Assembly (NCBI GenBank): GCA_905331295.1
Contig: CAJNYD010000510.1
Coordinates: 22,984 to 86,983 of the forward strand
DNA: 64,000 bases
DNA from: Rotaria socialis
Taxonomy: Eukaryota
Direction: 5' to 3'
Numbering within the stretch: position 1 is the first letter of the stretch; every line of letters starts with the position of its first letter. The notes under the pieces are model-generated. The model searched no databases, was not told the origin of the DNA, and saw nothing but the letters and a program-made list of their open reading frames with translations. Both the position numbers and the translations under genes were made by a program. Of the stretch, positions 1 through 11,288 are shown piece by piece.

Positions 1-390
1 TCCGTAGTTGCTGCACTATTTGTTGTACTGAACGTCGCTGTAGTTGCTGTACTGAACGACGCCGTACTTGCTGCCGTGATGGCTTCCGTAGTTACTGTGG
101 TATTTGCTGTAGTGGAAGCTGGCGTAGCTGCTGTACTATTCGTTGTACTGAACGCCGTCGTACTTCCGGCACTGATGGCTTCTGTAGTTATTGTACTGTT
201 CGCTGTAATGAGCGCCGCCGTAGTTGCTGTAATATTTGCTGTAGTGAAAGCTGCCATAATTGCTGTACTGAAGGCTTCCGTAGTTGCTGTGGTATTTGCT
301 GTAGTGGAAGCTACCGTAGTAGCTGTACCATTCGCTGTACTGAACGATTCCGTAGTTGCAGTACTATTCACTGTACTAGGCATTACTGCC
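1..390 (-). repeat. Short degenerate Thr/Ala/Ser coding repeats in the next mucin stalk
   Basis: Recurring ccgtagttgctgtact / ttcgctgtactgaac units encode TATTA/FSTANST-type peptides on the minus strand. Confidence 0.8.
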
Positions 391-3300
391 GTGGCGATCT
401 TAATCGTTTGCTCAGTTGTAGTAGGAGTGGCCGTTGCCAGAGTCACGGTGATTGTGCTGTTTGTTGAAGACATACTAGTGAGAGTTGACGATGTTAGGGC
501 GCCAGAGGTGCCTGTACCAATGGTTGTAACTGGATTCGTTGCTATCAGGTTGCTTGTTGTTTCTAATACCGAAGCGGCTGACCATGTTAGAGCAAATGCC
601 GTGAGATGGTTACAACTACATTCATATCGGTTAAATTCAATGTTAAACACAGGCACTGTACATCCAGTTTCGTTCCAACACGAGTTGCTGATATCATAGA
701 ACGAACATAAATAAGTTACTGTTCCATTTGGTCGATATTCAGATGATATTTGTAAATATAAAGAAATATTCATTGAGACAGTTGCAGAACCCAGTGGTTG
801 AACTGAACCAACAACAACTGAAGATGCGAGCGATTTATTTGTTCTATTATCAATATTTTCGTACATAGTTGGTTTATCTATAATAAACATTTCCAGAGAA
901 CTCACATTTCGCAATGATTCTCTGCTAATAACGGCACCCACGGTAAAGTTTGTACTTATAGAGGAATTCATAGTAGAATCTGTGACAGAGTTTCCACCCG
1001 AACCTCGTTGAAATGTTCCACCCAATACAATATTATTTGAACTCTGATTCAACTGTTGAGCAATAAGGAAAGAATTAACAGAGTTGATTGTAACACTAAT
1101 ACCATTCGTTCTGCTAACCGCATTGTCGATTTCACTAGCGGACAGAATGCTATTAGTACTGTTCGAGGAATTCGCATTCGAAAACGATGAAATATATAAC
1201 GACAAAGCATTAGCTATATCTAAGGAACTAGCAGAACCATTGTTAATTATTCCTGCAGAGTAATTCTAAAAGGACAAATATTAGTGTAGCAAATGACATG
1301 ATTGGCAACAAACCTGTCCAACGTTGTAGGGAACACAAGTACCGTTAGCTAGCGCCACATTGGAGAAATTGCGACACGCATCAGGAGAATAGGTGGATAT
1401 TGTCGTTGTTATTGTCGCAGCTGTCGTAACCAAAGAAGTTGAACCAATACTGATCGATGATGTCGTAAGGACAGTGGATGATATTACACTGGAAATTGAA
1501 TTCGAAAATGTGGGCGTTGTAGGTGTACTCAATTGAACAGTTGCTGTCACAGCCGAAGTAGTGTTCACATACAGTGCCGTCCCACTGGTTGAAGAAACCG
1601 TTGAAGAAGATACATTCCTGGATATGGTGGTGATTGTGCTTACCACTACGTTACCAGCGGTAGGACTTGATGCCAACTGTATCGGCGTCATAAGCGTGCT
1701 GGTCAAGGCGTTAGCATTCATCAACGTGCTAGCCGTCGTTGCAGAGGGAACAACGCTGGTTTCTGTGTCCACGCTGGTCGCGGGCGCTATTGTGACAGCG
1801 GAAATGCCAGTACTATTCATAGGAGCAGTTGGAGTTACCCAAGTAACTTCTTCAATAGTGACACCGGTGCCAGTTGTCAAAGTTTGCATGTTATTGGGGG
1901 AAATAGAAACTGACAACAAATTACCATTGCTAGTTTGCGTGCTCGGAATGTTTGGGAATGAATTCTCAGTTCCGGTGCTACTTGTTCCACGGTAGCCTAT
2001 TGTGCCTATTAGTGGAGTAACTTGTTCAGGAGAGATACCTGCAGCTGTTGTCACGGTTCCTGCGTTGTTTGGCGAAGTAGTGACAGGTGATGAGAGTTCA
2101 TTGCTAGTTTCCGTGATCGGTATGTTTGAGAATGAATTGTCAGTTCCGGTGCTACTTGTTGCACTGTAGCCGGTTGTGCCGATTAGTGGAGTAACTTGTT
2201 CAGGAGAGATGCCTGCAGCTGTTGTCACGGTTCCTGCGTTGTTTGGCAAAGTAGTGACAGGTGACGAGCGTTCATTGCTAGTTTGCGTGATCGGGATGTT
2301 TGAGAATGAATTCTCAGTTCCAGTGCTACTTGTTGCGCTGGGCACTGTTGTACCAGTTAGTGGAGTAACTTGTTCTGGAGAGATACCTGCAGCTGTTATC
2401 ACGGTTCCTTCGTTGTTTGGCGAAGTAGAAACTGATGACGAGATAACGGCAACGGTTTGTGTGTTGGGGGCAGTTAAAGACAGGGTTGGAGCTCCTGTAG
2501 TACTGGTTTCGCTGAAACCAAACGTTGGCGTGATTGAAGTCACTAGGTTGGTGTTGACTGGTGCCTCGGTTGGCGCTGTTTGTGTATGATTTGTCTGAAC
2601 AGGAGCCGGTGGAGTGAGAGGAGAGTTAGTTTCTGTTGTCGCAATGTTTGTTGACGGTGTTGTTTCTGATATATAATGGACTGCACTCGAAGGTACCATG
2701 GAGACGATTGTTGAGGATGGTGTTGTCGTCTCTATACTAAGGAATGTATCTGATTGCGGCGTTGGAAGATTGGAGGTGATTTTTTCGGGGGTGCTAGCAG
2801 TCGGGATAGCTATAGCTTCGGTATTTGTTTTGTTTGTTGAAAACGTGCTAGTAAGAGTCAGTGATGTTGAACTGTCGGAGGTGTCCGTAGCTAATGTCGT
2901 AATCGAATTCGTAGATACGACGTTACTTGTTGTTTCGGATATCTGAGTGGCTGACCAAGTGAGAGCAAACGTTGTTAGATGATTGCAACTACACTCGTAT
3001 CGATTGAATTGTATGTTGAGAATCGGTACTGTGCAGCCCGTTTCGTTCCAATCAGAGTTGTTTATGTCATAGAATGAACACGAATATATGACTGTAGCAT
3101 TTGGACGGTATTCAGGTAATATTTGGAAATATAGAGAAATGTTTATGGCAGCAGATGACGGATTGATTCTTAGTACGGATGCAACAATAATTGATGAGGC
3201 TAACGACTTGTTTGTCGCATTGCCAATGGATTCATACATGGTTGGTTTATCAATGATGAACATCGTCAGAGATTGTATGTTGACTAATGATTCTGTGGAA

Positions 3301-5489
3301 ACGAGAGCAGCTGCTGAAAGGTTTCCATTGAACGTGGAATCTTGGGTAGTATTGGTGATGGGTGATCCACCTGACATTCGTTGGAAACTCGCCCCTACTA
3401 CGACTTGCTGTGCATTAAGATTGATTTTTTGTACCATGAAGAGAGACGAATCAGAATTTACAACGATACTGATATTGTTCACGTTATCGACGACTTCATT
3501 GATTTTACTTGGGCTTACAGTGTTATTGGAGTTACTCGATAGGCTTGAATTCACAGTCGATGATATGTACAAAGGGAGTGCATTGGCTAAATCGATAGCA
3601 CTAGTGTTCACACTATTGACCAATGTAGCAGCGTATTCCTTGAAAAGAAATAGAACTTAGAATATTGAAGGGGAAAAGGTTTTGAAAAACCTGTGCGACA
3701 CCATAGGAAACACATGTGCCGTTACTTAGTGCAAGTTGTGTTGAGTTGCGACATAGATCTGGTGTATAAGCGGTTGTTGTTGTCGTTACCAAAGCATAGC
3801 TTTCCGTGATCATAGTGTTCGTATCCAAAGTTCGTCCACTTGTTGCAATATCAAAAGTTGTTTCGGCTGCGAGCGTGCTACTCGCTGTAGAGGAGGATAC
3901 GAGAGTACTGGTAGTATCAGACACGCTTGGTAGTGTTGAAGAAGAATTAATATCATCAAAAGTTCTTGTAGTTTGAGTGTCAGAAATGATCCCTGCTGAT
4001 CGCGACGGAATAATATTAGAGGTGATGGTGTTTGTAGTAGAGAATTCGCTAGTGAGAGAGCTGCTGTTTTCATTTGCTTCTGTGGTCGATATCAATCGAT
4101 TCTCTGCTGTCTGATCGTTCATAGTTGTGGTGGGTTGTGCTGTAAGAGTAAGGCGACTTTCAGGAGTGAACGAACTGGCGCTAATTGCAGTGGCCAGTGT
4201 GGTTGACGAAGTCATGCTTGCTACTATCGTGTCGGATGGCAATGAGGTATTTTCATATGTTTGACTCTCGGCAGTCGTCTTAGTGTCTCCTGTAATGCTT
4301 GAGGAAGATGTTGAGTAAGAAATGAATGTGTCTTCAATTGAAGCTGGGATCACTGTAGAACTTAGTGTCTGAGTGATAGTCATAGAGGTTATCGATGTGT
4401 CCTTCATTGCCAGGTCGTCAAAAGTCATCGAAGAGTTTATTGTGGAGCTAATGGAAAACTCTGGTGTAGACACTGTGATGTTAATAGTGATGGCCTGTGA
4501 TGAGAGGGAAATTATATCTCCTGCAACTGTCGTGGTTGGTATCAATGTGTTCTGATTTGTTTGACTCTTAGAGGTTATTTCAGATTGCCTGGTAGGAATA
4601 ATGGCAGACGAGAAAATATCGTTACTCGTTTGAGTTAAATCGGTTACTACAGTAGACGAGATCAAGCTATCTACCATTGATACGGTTGATAGCGATGAAT
4701 CGCTGCCTGCTTTATCTGTAGAATTGTTCTGAGCTGTTGCTGTTGTTGCATTTATGCTTGACGATAAAGTGAATATAATTGTTTCAAGCATACTGTTTGC
4801 TGGAGTTGATGATATCATGCTTTCCGATAAGTTCATTGTAAATACTGATGTGCCCTGACCGATTTGTGTTTGTACTGTTGTTTCATCTGTTCGTACAATG
4901 CCTGATATAGACGAATGATCAGAATTAGAAGTGTCAGAAGTGAAAGTTGCTACAGTTGAAGTGCTGAACGTTTCCGTGGTGGTTGGGATTGTTATGTATG
5001 TATTATCAGTTTCTTCGAATTGGGAGGTAATCTGAGATTCGGTAACTTTACTAGCGATAGATGGGGTCGTAGTAACATTTGAATCCTCAGTAAGTTCTAC
5101 AATACCGGAAGTACTCTGACTTTCAGTCGTAGTTATAATCACTATAGAGTTGTTTTCGTCTGTTGAACTCTTAACATTTGACTCAGCGACTGTTGTAGTT
5201 TCGAAAGTGTTCTGAGCCACCATTGTAATAGTTGTGGCCAAGGTGGATGCATATGTATTATTGTCGATAGAACCGATGAAGTTTGTTGAAGAACTAGGAC
5301 TCTCGGTGGTCGTCAGTTGGGTTATAGATGTTTCTGAAGTTATTGAAGTGACCACTACTTCTGTTTGAGACACAGGGGTCAATGTTAATGAAGACGTAAT
5401 GGTGGCATAGGTGGCTTGTGTTGTACGTGAAGCGTTATTGTCATAGGTGAAGGTTGCAGTGTTTGCAGAAGATATATCGGTTGCTTCAC
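1..5489 (-). CDS. Giant Ser/Thr-rich mucin-like protein with tandem GAIN/GPS domains (adhesion-GPCR-like ectodomain); partial at both ends
   Basis: Exons 5489-3691, 3638-1314 and 1265-<1 join in frame through phase-0 GT-AG introns 3690-3639 (52 bp) and 1313-1266 (48 bp). GPS motifs: CSFYD..WNETGC..YECSCNHLTTFALTW (~2955-3085) and CSFYD..WNETGC..YECSCNHLTAFALTW (~582-710). An acceptor lies at 5490-5491; upstream exons were not identified. The frame appears open to the window edge. Confidence 0.88.
1900..2430 (-). repeat. Three tandem ~180-bp (60-aa) coding repeats in the mucin stalk
   Basis: (S/L)PNN(E/A)GTV(I/T)TAAGISPEQVTPL..SSTGT(E/D)NSF.NIP occurs three times in the 1281..3623 ORF. Confidence 0.9.
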
Positions 5490-5526
5490 CTTTAAATTAG
5501 AAATTGCGTGAGTACGTTTTTAATTG

Positions 5527-5859
5527 CCCAGGTGAATGAATCCGATAGGATCTTATAAAACTCGCCGAGCCGACAAATTCCCATGGGATTCCGGGTTGAG
5601 GAACTACTAACGGATCTCTAGTGTTGGAATCCGGTGAACATCCGACTAAATCCAACAGTCGAATTCGTTAGGCATTTAAGGAGTCGCATTCCAACGAGAT
5701 CCTAAAGAAACCTATCGGGTTTTGACTGGTTCCTGCAAGAATCGATCGGATTCCAACACTAGGGATCGACGAGTGTGTCCACAACCCAGATTTACTTAGA
5801 ATCGTGCAGGAACCGATCGAAATCCGATTGGATCCAGCTATCGGATTGTTTATCCTGGG
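5527..5859. mobile_element. Non-autonomous TIR element (CCCAGG family, CMC/EnSpm-like MITE)
   Basis: Ends are cccaggtgaatgaatccgatag and ctatcggattgtttatcctggg. The interior is rich in aatccgat/atcggatt motifs. Flanks tg/ta. Confidence 0.8.
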
Positions 5860-6393
5860 TAGCAAAAAATGTTCCCTCGACGAAACCTACTGAGTCATAC
5901 ACTAGCTATCACGAGAGCCATAAATATCACTATGAGAAGTCACCACTGATCTTTTATACCAGATCTTTTAGAGAGAGAGTCATATTCTAAAGTAAGAAAT
6001 GCGTTGGGGTGACCTTTTCGGATTTTCTTAAACTACAGAGAGAAACGAAATTTCTATGAGTAAGCAATCATTTTGTTTTTCAAAAATAAAATTGTTAATA
6101 GAATAATATCGTGCTAACAATTTTCAAATGGTCATATCTAAATATACGTCGATTATGAAATGCAAATAATTTGCTTAGCAACACAATAAATCATTTTAAC
6201 ACGAATAAGCTTTTAATTTCTGAACAATGCAATGTTTTATTGCAGTCTTGGCAAATTACAAAGAAATAGAACGAAAAGTGAATGCATCTCAATGGACAAT
6301 GGTCGACAAGAACTACAACACAAGCTTCTGACATTTTTCATGATGATATTTATATGCAACATTATGCTTGATACACCCTAAGAAAAGGAGGTG

Positions 6394-6618
6394 CACTACC
6401 GAACCTTTTCAAGTTTTGCAGTAGCTACAAAACCACCCAACTTCTAGACAAATCATTTGTGGTTTTATGTGAAATCTATACAGTTTGGTTTTAAACCTGA
6501 ACGGTTTCGTCTCACAGATTTTAAAATGAGTTAGTTGCAAAGGTTAGATCGATGTACCAGAGGGAAGAACTATCTTAGTTTTCGTAGCTTCTACGAAACT
6601 AGAAAGGGTTCGGTAGTG
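6394..6618. mobile_element. CACTA-terminus MITE
   Basis: cactaccgaaccttttcaagttttgcagtagctac pairs with gtagcttctacgaaactagaaagggttcggtagtg as an imperfect ~35-bp TIR starting CACTA. Confidence 0.8.
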
Positions 6619-7315
6619 TATATCTATTTTTCTTCGAAAATATTGACAGATGTCAACCAATTAGTATTAAGCGGAAATACAGTTATTCAATGGATAAAAT
6701 CACATTTTTTAGTTCAAGTTTATCTAAACCAGTAGTCAAATGTGCGATTCAATTTTTTAACCACCGAAAAATTTCATAATAATAGTTTCAGTTACATGAA
6801 ATGCTGACACTCATATCAACTTTCGTCTCTTAATGTTAAGTATTATTTTGGAACAGAGTAAATTATATTGATAATCATGTTGAATATAAGTAAGTCTGCC
6901 AAGGTCATCCGTAAAAAAGCTGTAAAGATATTTAAAAATCTTAGTTAGGTGAAATCCCACTAAATTCAAATCCAGATTAATACTTAACACTCCTTCTCTG
7001 TTAGACTCAAGTTAAATAAAGCATTGAAAGCAATTCTTAGAAAATGTTTTTACTTCTTTCACTTTGACCTATCAGAAATTTGAGAAGTTCAGAATAAATC
7101 AAATATCTTGCTCGTGATATTTTTCTAGGTACTAATACATGAATGAATCATAGTCACAATTCTCTCCTATCTATCATCAACCCATTTATTCATCATTTTG
7201 CTCTATGCATGTAACAATATGTAATTATCGCAGTTGAACATATTGAAAGTGCATATGCTGTAACACACACTATAGTGACTCATTTTTCGATTAGTCTTAT
7301 TTCTTTAAGAATGAA

Positions 7316-7669
7316 CCCATGTTGCAAATACCGGATCATTTTTTGCGGTAAACCGCGGTATTTATCCTTCCTACGGTAAAGAGAGCCGGTAACCGGACCG
7401 GTAAAACCAGCGCTTTTTGCTCATGTTTATCGCATGTAAAATTAGAAAAGTATGTTCAAAATAGCTTAATTGATGATTTGGAACACTTTTTTTTGTCAAA
7501 GATTATAGACGAACCGGTTAACCGATTTTTTTACCGATAACCGCGGTATCAATAAAAGCCAGTGGTTTACCGCAGTAAATTCCGGTAAATTTTCACTGAC
7601 GGGAACCGGTAAGCTGACCGGTAAAACCGCGGTTAACCGCCGATTTTCATGCGGTTTTTGTTACATGGG
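7316..7669. mobile_element. Non-autonomous TIR element (CCCATG termini, CMC/EnSpm-like)
   Basis: Ends are cccatgttgcaaataccg and cggtttttgttacatggg, with a 2-bp flank duplication aa/aa. Many internal accggt/ccgcggta motifs. Confidence 0.8.
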
Positions 7670-7959
7670 AACTATTTAGAAGTAGTCTGATCTAGATCCA
7701 ACACTCAAACACTAGTCAGATGTAAAACTGTTACTATATTCGAGTTCAATATTAGATGCATCACTAGTATAGTTTTAACTGAAATTGAAATGAGTAATCA
7801 GTAACAGAGAGAACAGTAATGACAATACTAGAGTGTAAAAACAAAATACACCTTGAAAATGTACCGCAGACTTGTTGGAAGAAATGTATTTACAGACAAA
7901 TGCTTAGTGTCATTCTTTAATGTCTGACAAAATACGACGCATCGAAAATATTTTATGTA

Positions 7960-8177
7960 ACCAGGTCAAGGAATCCAGTGATCCGGAATCCGATCCGGAT
8001 TTAATCGGATTTGGTCGGAATTCGGCGAGAACTGAGAGGATTTGCTGAAAACTTAGTTGGATTCAGTCGGATTTTATATCGAAATCTGGATCACTGGATT
8101 CCCCCAGTTACTTCCGATCGAATTCTCTCAGTATTAAGACAATCCGATAGGATCCGAATGTTCACCTTCATCCTGGG
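7960..8177. mobile_element. Second CCCAGG-family MITE
   Basis: Ends are accaggtcaagg and ccttcatcctggg, flanks ta/ta, with the same aatccgat motifs. Confidence 0.72.
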
Positions 8178-8406
8178 TAAATGTGTTTTAACAACTGAAA
8201 TATTCCAGAAACATAGGTACTGTGAAAATCAATAGATTTGTTTTTGTGGTTGATGCTCGACAGTTCAATTAGTACTCATACGTGAACAAATAGTTTGTTG
8301 AATCAACAATAAGTAAGTACATAATAGAATACAGATTTAAAACGATCAGAATTTGATACCTGTCTATGAACTCCAAGTTCGACTGAAATAAATATAATCG
8401 ATATAC

Positions 8407-10405
8407 ATTGGATTGTTTTGCTTTTTCTCTTCCTTTTGTTGTATAAAAACTTTTATTAATTATTTTTCGATTAGAATAATTAATTATTTAAGACGTTTCA
8501 GAGATATCTTCCTCCTTGTTTAGTTTTTATTTTATTTGATGTTATGATTTGTTTTTACTATTTACAATACGTATCTGACTATTCTTTTTCTTTTTTTTTA
8601 ATAGTGGAACGGAACGTCAAAACATATAAGTTTTATCGGCCAGTGTTACCGTCTTGTCATTACGTTCCCATAGATGTCACAATACCGTTACACTGGGTAT
8701 CGTGATTTCCAAGTCATAATACCCATCAAATTCTTTTTGGGATATTACCCCAAGGGTATCCACTTTCATTTAACTATATGTTTTAGAGTTGAGGAATTTG
8801 AGCTGTTTTGGTGTATTACTCCTAGGGTATCCACTTTTATATAACTGTATGTTTTAAAGTTGAGGAGTTCGGAAGAACTGCCTAATTCCACATAAAATAA
8901 GAACGAGATTTTCGAAGAATCCATTGATGACTCTGAGTCTGCTACAAGGATACCTGCGTTTGTTAAAACAATTCCAGAGGTTGCTAGCAGTAATCCTGAG
9001 GTTCCTAGAAACATACCTAAGGTTGCTAGATGCATTCCTGTGTTTGCTGTAAGAAATTGAGCGATCCCCAGGTCGACTAATCCGACATCGGATCCGATAG
9101 GAACCTGGAAATATCCTACAATCCGATACAATTCTATTGGATTCCGGGTCGAGGAATCGATGTCGGACCCTCAGTGTTGGAATCCTATGAACTTCCGATG
9201 ACATACAACGCTTTTTCCTTGGAATTCATAGGGATCAGACACTGAGGATCCGACATCGATTCCTCGACCCGGAATCCAACGATAATTCTGTAAGATCTGG
9301 CAGGAACCGATAAAATCCTATTGGATTCCAGTCGGATCGGATGGGTTCCGATAGGTGCCTACTCTTGGATTGCTCGACCTGGGTCTGAGATGTATAGGTT
9401 AATTTGTGTGAAAGTTGATCTGGATACCTGTAGCAAGATGAGGCACAGTTGCAGTAACCTGTATGATGTATCTAGCAGCTCAGGTATGTGTTCCGGTACC
9501 TGTGGTGTGTCACGAAGGACTCCACTCGTACTGGCCGCAACGTGAGGCAAGGGTGTCGGAAGCCGAGGAATAATCTTAGCAACCTGATACATGGTTTCAG
9601 CAATTTCACGCATTCTTTTAGAAGCCTAAGATATTCATACAGTAGCGTCCGGCTAGCTTCCAGCAGCGACAGCCTTCCATCAATCAATGTTACGCATTGC
9701 CAGGAATCCAGGGAATGCTCCTAGGAATCATAATTTATGCCATGCATTTTAGCCTCAGTAATATGCATGTCTAAATTCAAATTATTTAAAAAAAACAATT
9801 CAGATAAAATGATATTATTTGCATTTTCCTGTAGCAATATCTGTGCCTTAAGTTTTTCCGAAGTGTTACTGTGCAGTACATGAATCAATTATATTCAAAT
9901 TCGAATTGAGCATCTCATGCAAATTCCAGTTGTTTTTGTGTATTTCTTCGAGGATATCCAAGTTGTTATGCTTTAGGGTAATACCCCAAAACAACTCAAA
10001 TTGCTCAACTTTAAAACATATAGTTAAATGAAAGTGGATACCCTAGGAGTAATACACCAAAACAGCTCAAATTCCTCAACTCTAAAACATATAGTTAAAT
10101 GAAAGTAAATACCCTAGGGGTAATACACCGAATGTTTATAAAGTAAGTTTAGCTGGAGAAAAAGTCGTTACCCGGTGTAACGGGATTTTGACATCACTCT
10201 ACGTTCCACTATTAAAGAAAAAGAAAAAGAATAGTCAGATACGTATTGTAAATAGTAAAAACAAAACATAACACCAAATAAAATAAAACTGAACAAGGAG
10301 GAAGATATCTCCGAAACGTCTTAAATAATTAATTATTCTAATCGAAAAATAGTTAATAAAAATTTTTATACAACAAAAGGAAGAGAAAAAGCAAAACAAT
10401 CCAAT
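8407..10405. mobile_element. ~2-kb foldback/MULE-like non-autonomous element with long imperfect inverted arms
   Basis: 8407-~8610 is the reverse complement of ~10202-10405. 71-bp subrepeats at ~8745-8875 are mirrored at ~9970-10125. Degenerate 21-bp tagcaacct-type repeats lie inside. No transposase was recognised. Confidence 0.8.
9067..9383. mobile_element. Third CCCAGG-family MITE, nested in the foldback element
   Basis: Ends are cccaggtcgactaatcc and ggattgctcgacctggg, with an exact 2-bp TSD tc/tc. Internal perfect 31-bp inverted repeat at 9137-9167 / 9249-9279. Confidence 0.88.
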
Positions 10406-11165
10406 TATAATGACCTTCCTCAACACATGTAATCGATATACATGTTTCAAGCTATCCACTACCTATTACATGCCGTTTGCTTTAGTTGCTTTGTCAAATT
10501 ACTGCTCTGTCATCAATAAAAATGAAAAACTACATCGAAAGTCGAAAAGTTATGCTCTAACACTTTTTGAAGTAGCTGTCATTAGTCTGCCATTGCAGAA
10601 AGAACTTTTTCAAATGGCATCTGTACATGCACTCAACCTAGTACACAATGAACAAATTATGATTTTAAAACTTAATGCATATCTTTATCTTATACTTATG
10701 TCAGTAATATTGATACTTTTGGATACAATTTTAGTGATTTGATAAATCTTACTTGTGATAATCTGCAATTGACATATACCAAAAAACAGTAGAAAAATCG
10801 TATGCAGTTTCCACTTGATAATCTTCATAGTCAATGAAGAGTTGGTTAAACGCACGTGCCGTAAAAATGAATTGCAATCGTCAGATAACAGCTACGAAAC
10901 GATCCATTTCACTAAATCACGATATATACTATGATAGAAAACTATTATCGCAATAATATTTCATACGAAAAAAATCTGAAAATAGATCGAAAATAACTTA
11001 TATTTAATCATTCTACCATGATGTAGTATATCACATAAATTATCCATTTCACCAGATAAACTGAGCATGACTTGAGCATTTTTATCTGTACACTCCAGAA
11101 CGAAAGAACTCCTTTCTGTCTATGAAGTCAATAATCCTTTTTTTTAATGCATCTGAAGATAATGA

Positions 11166-11288
11166 TTAATTATCATATGAATTAGGCTTTGCTGAAAGAT
11201 GACAAAAATGAAAGCACTTGAAATTTGCTTGAGAAGTTAAAAACCACATTGCAACTAAAAGAAGTAAAAGAAACCGGATCGCATTCAT
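11166..11288 (-). CDS. Putative 40-aa secreted peptide precursor
   Basis: MNAIRFLLLLLVAMWFLTSQA is signal-like and is followed by NFKCFHFCHLSAKPNSYDN*. A plausible 5'UTR intron lies at ~11391-11318 (AAG|GTGAAT ... CTCTCTAG). Confidence 0.5.
   Translation of the reverse strand: MNAIRFLLLLLVAMWFLTSQANFKCFHFCHLSAKPNSYDN

Noticed and set aside
76..3660. Val-rich plus-strand ORFs (76..699, 1561..1995, 2176..2589, 2698..2946, 3088..3660) that look like membrane proteins
   Set aside because: They are antisense shadows of Thr/Ser codons in the minus-strand mucin gene.
5668..8235. Short ORFs 5668..5865, 5775..5990, 6535..6735 and 8011..8235
   Set aside because: They overlap MITEs and have no recognisable protein features.
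5527..9383. Recurrent aatccgat/atcggat motifs as a possible CRISPR-like array
   Set aside because: There is no constant repeat-spacer period or cas gene. The motifs are internal repeats of TIR-bounded MITEs.
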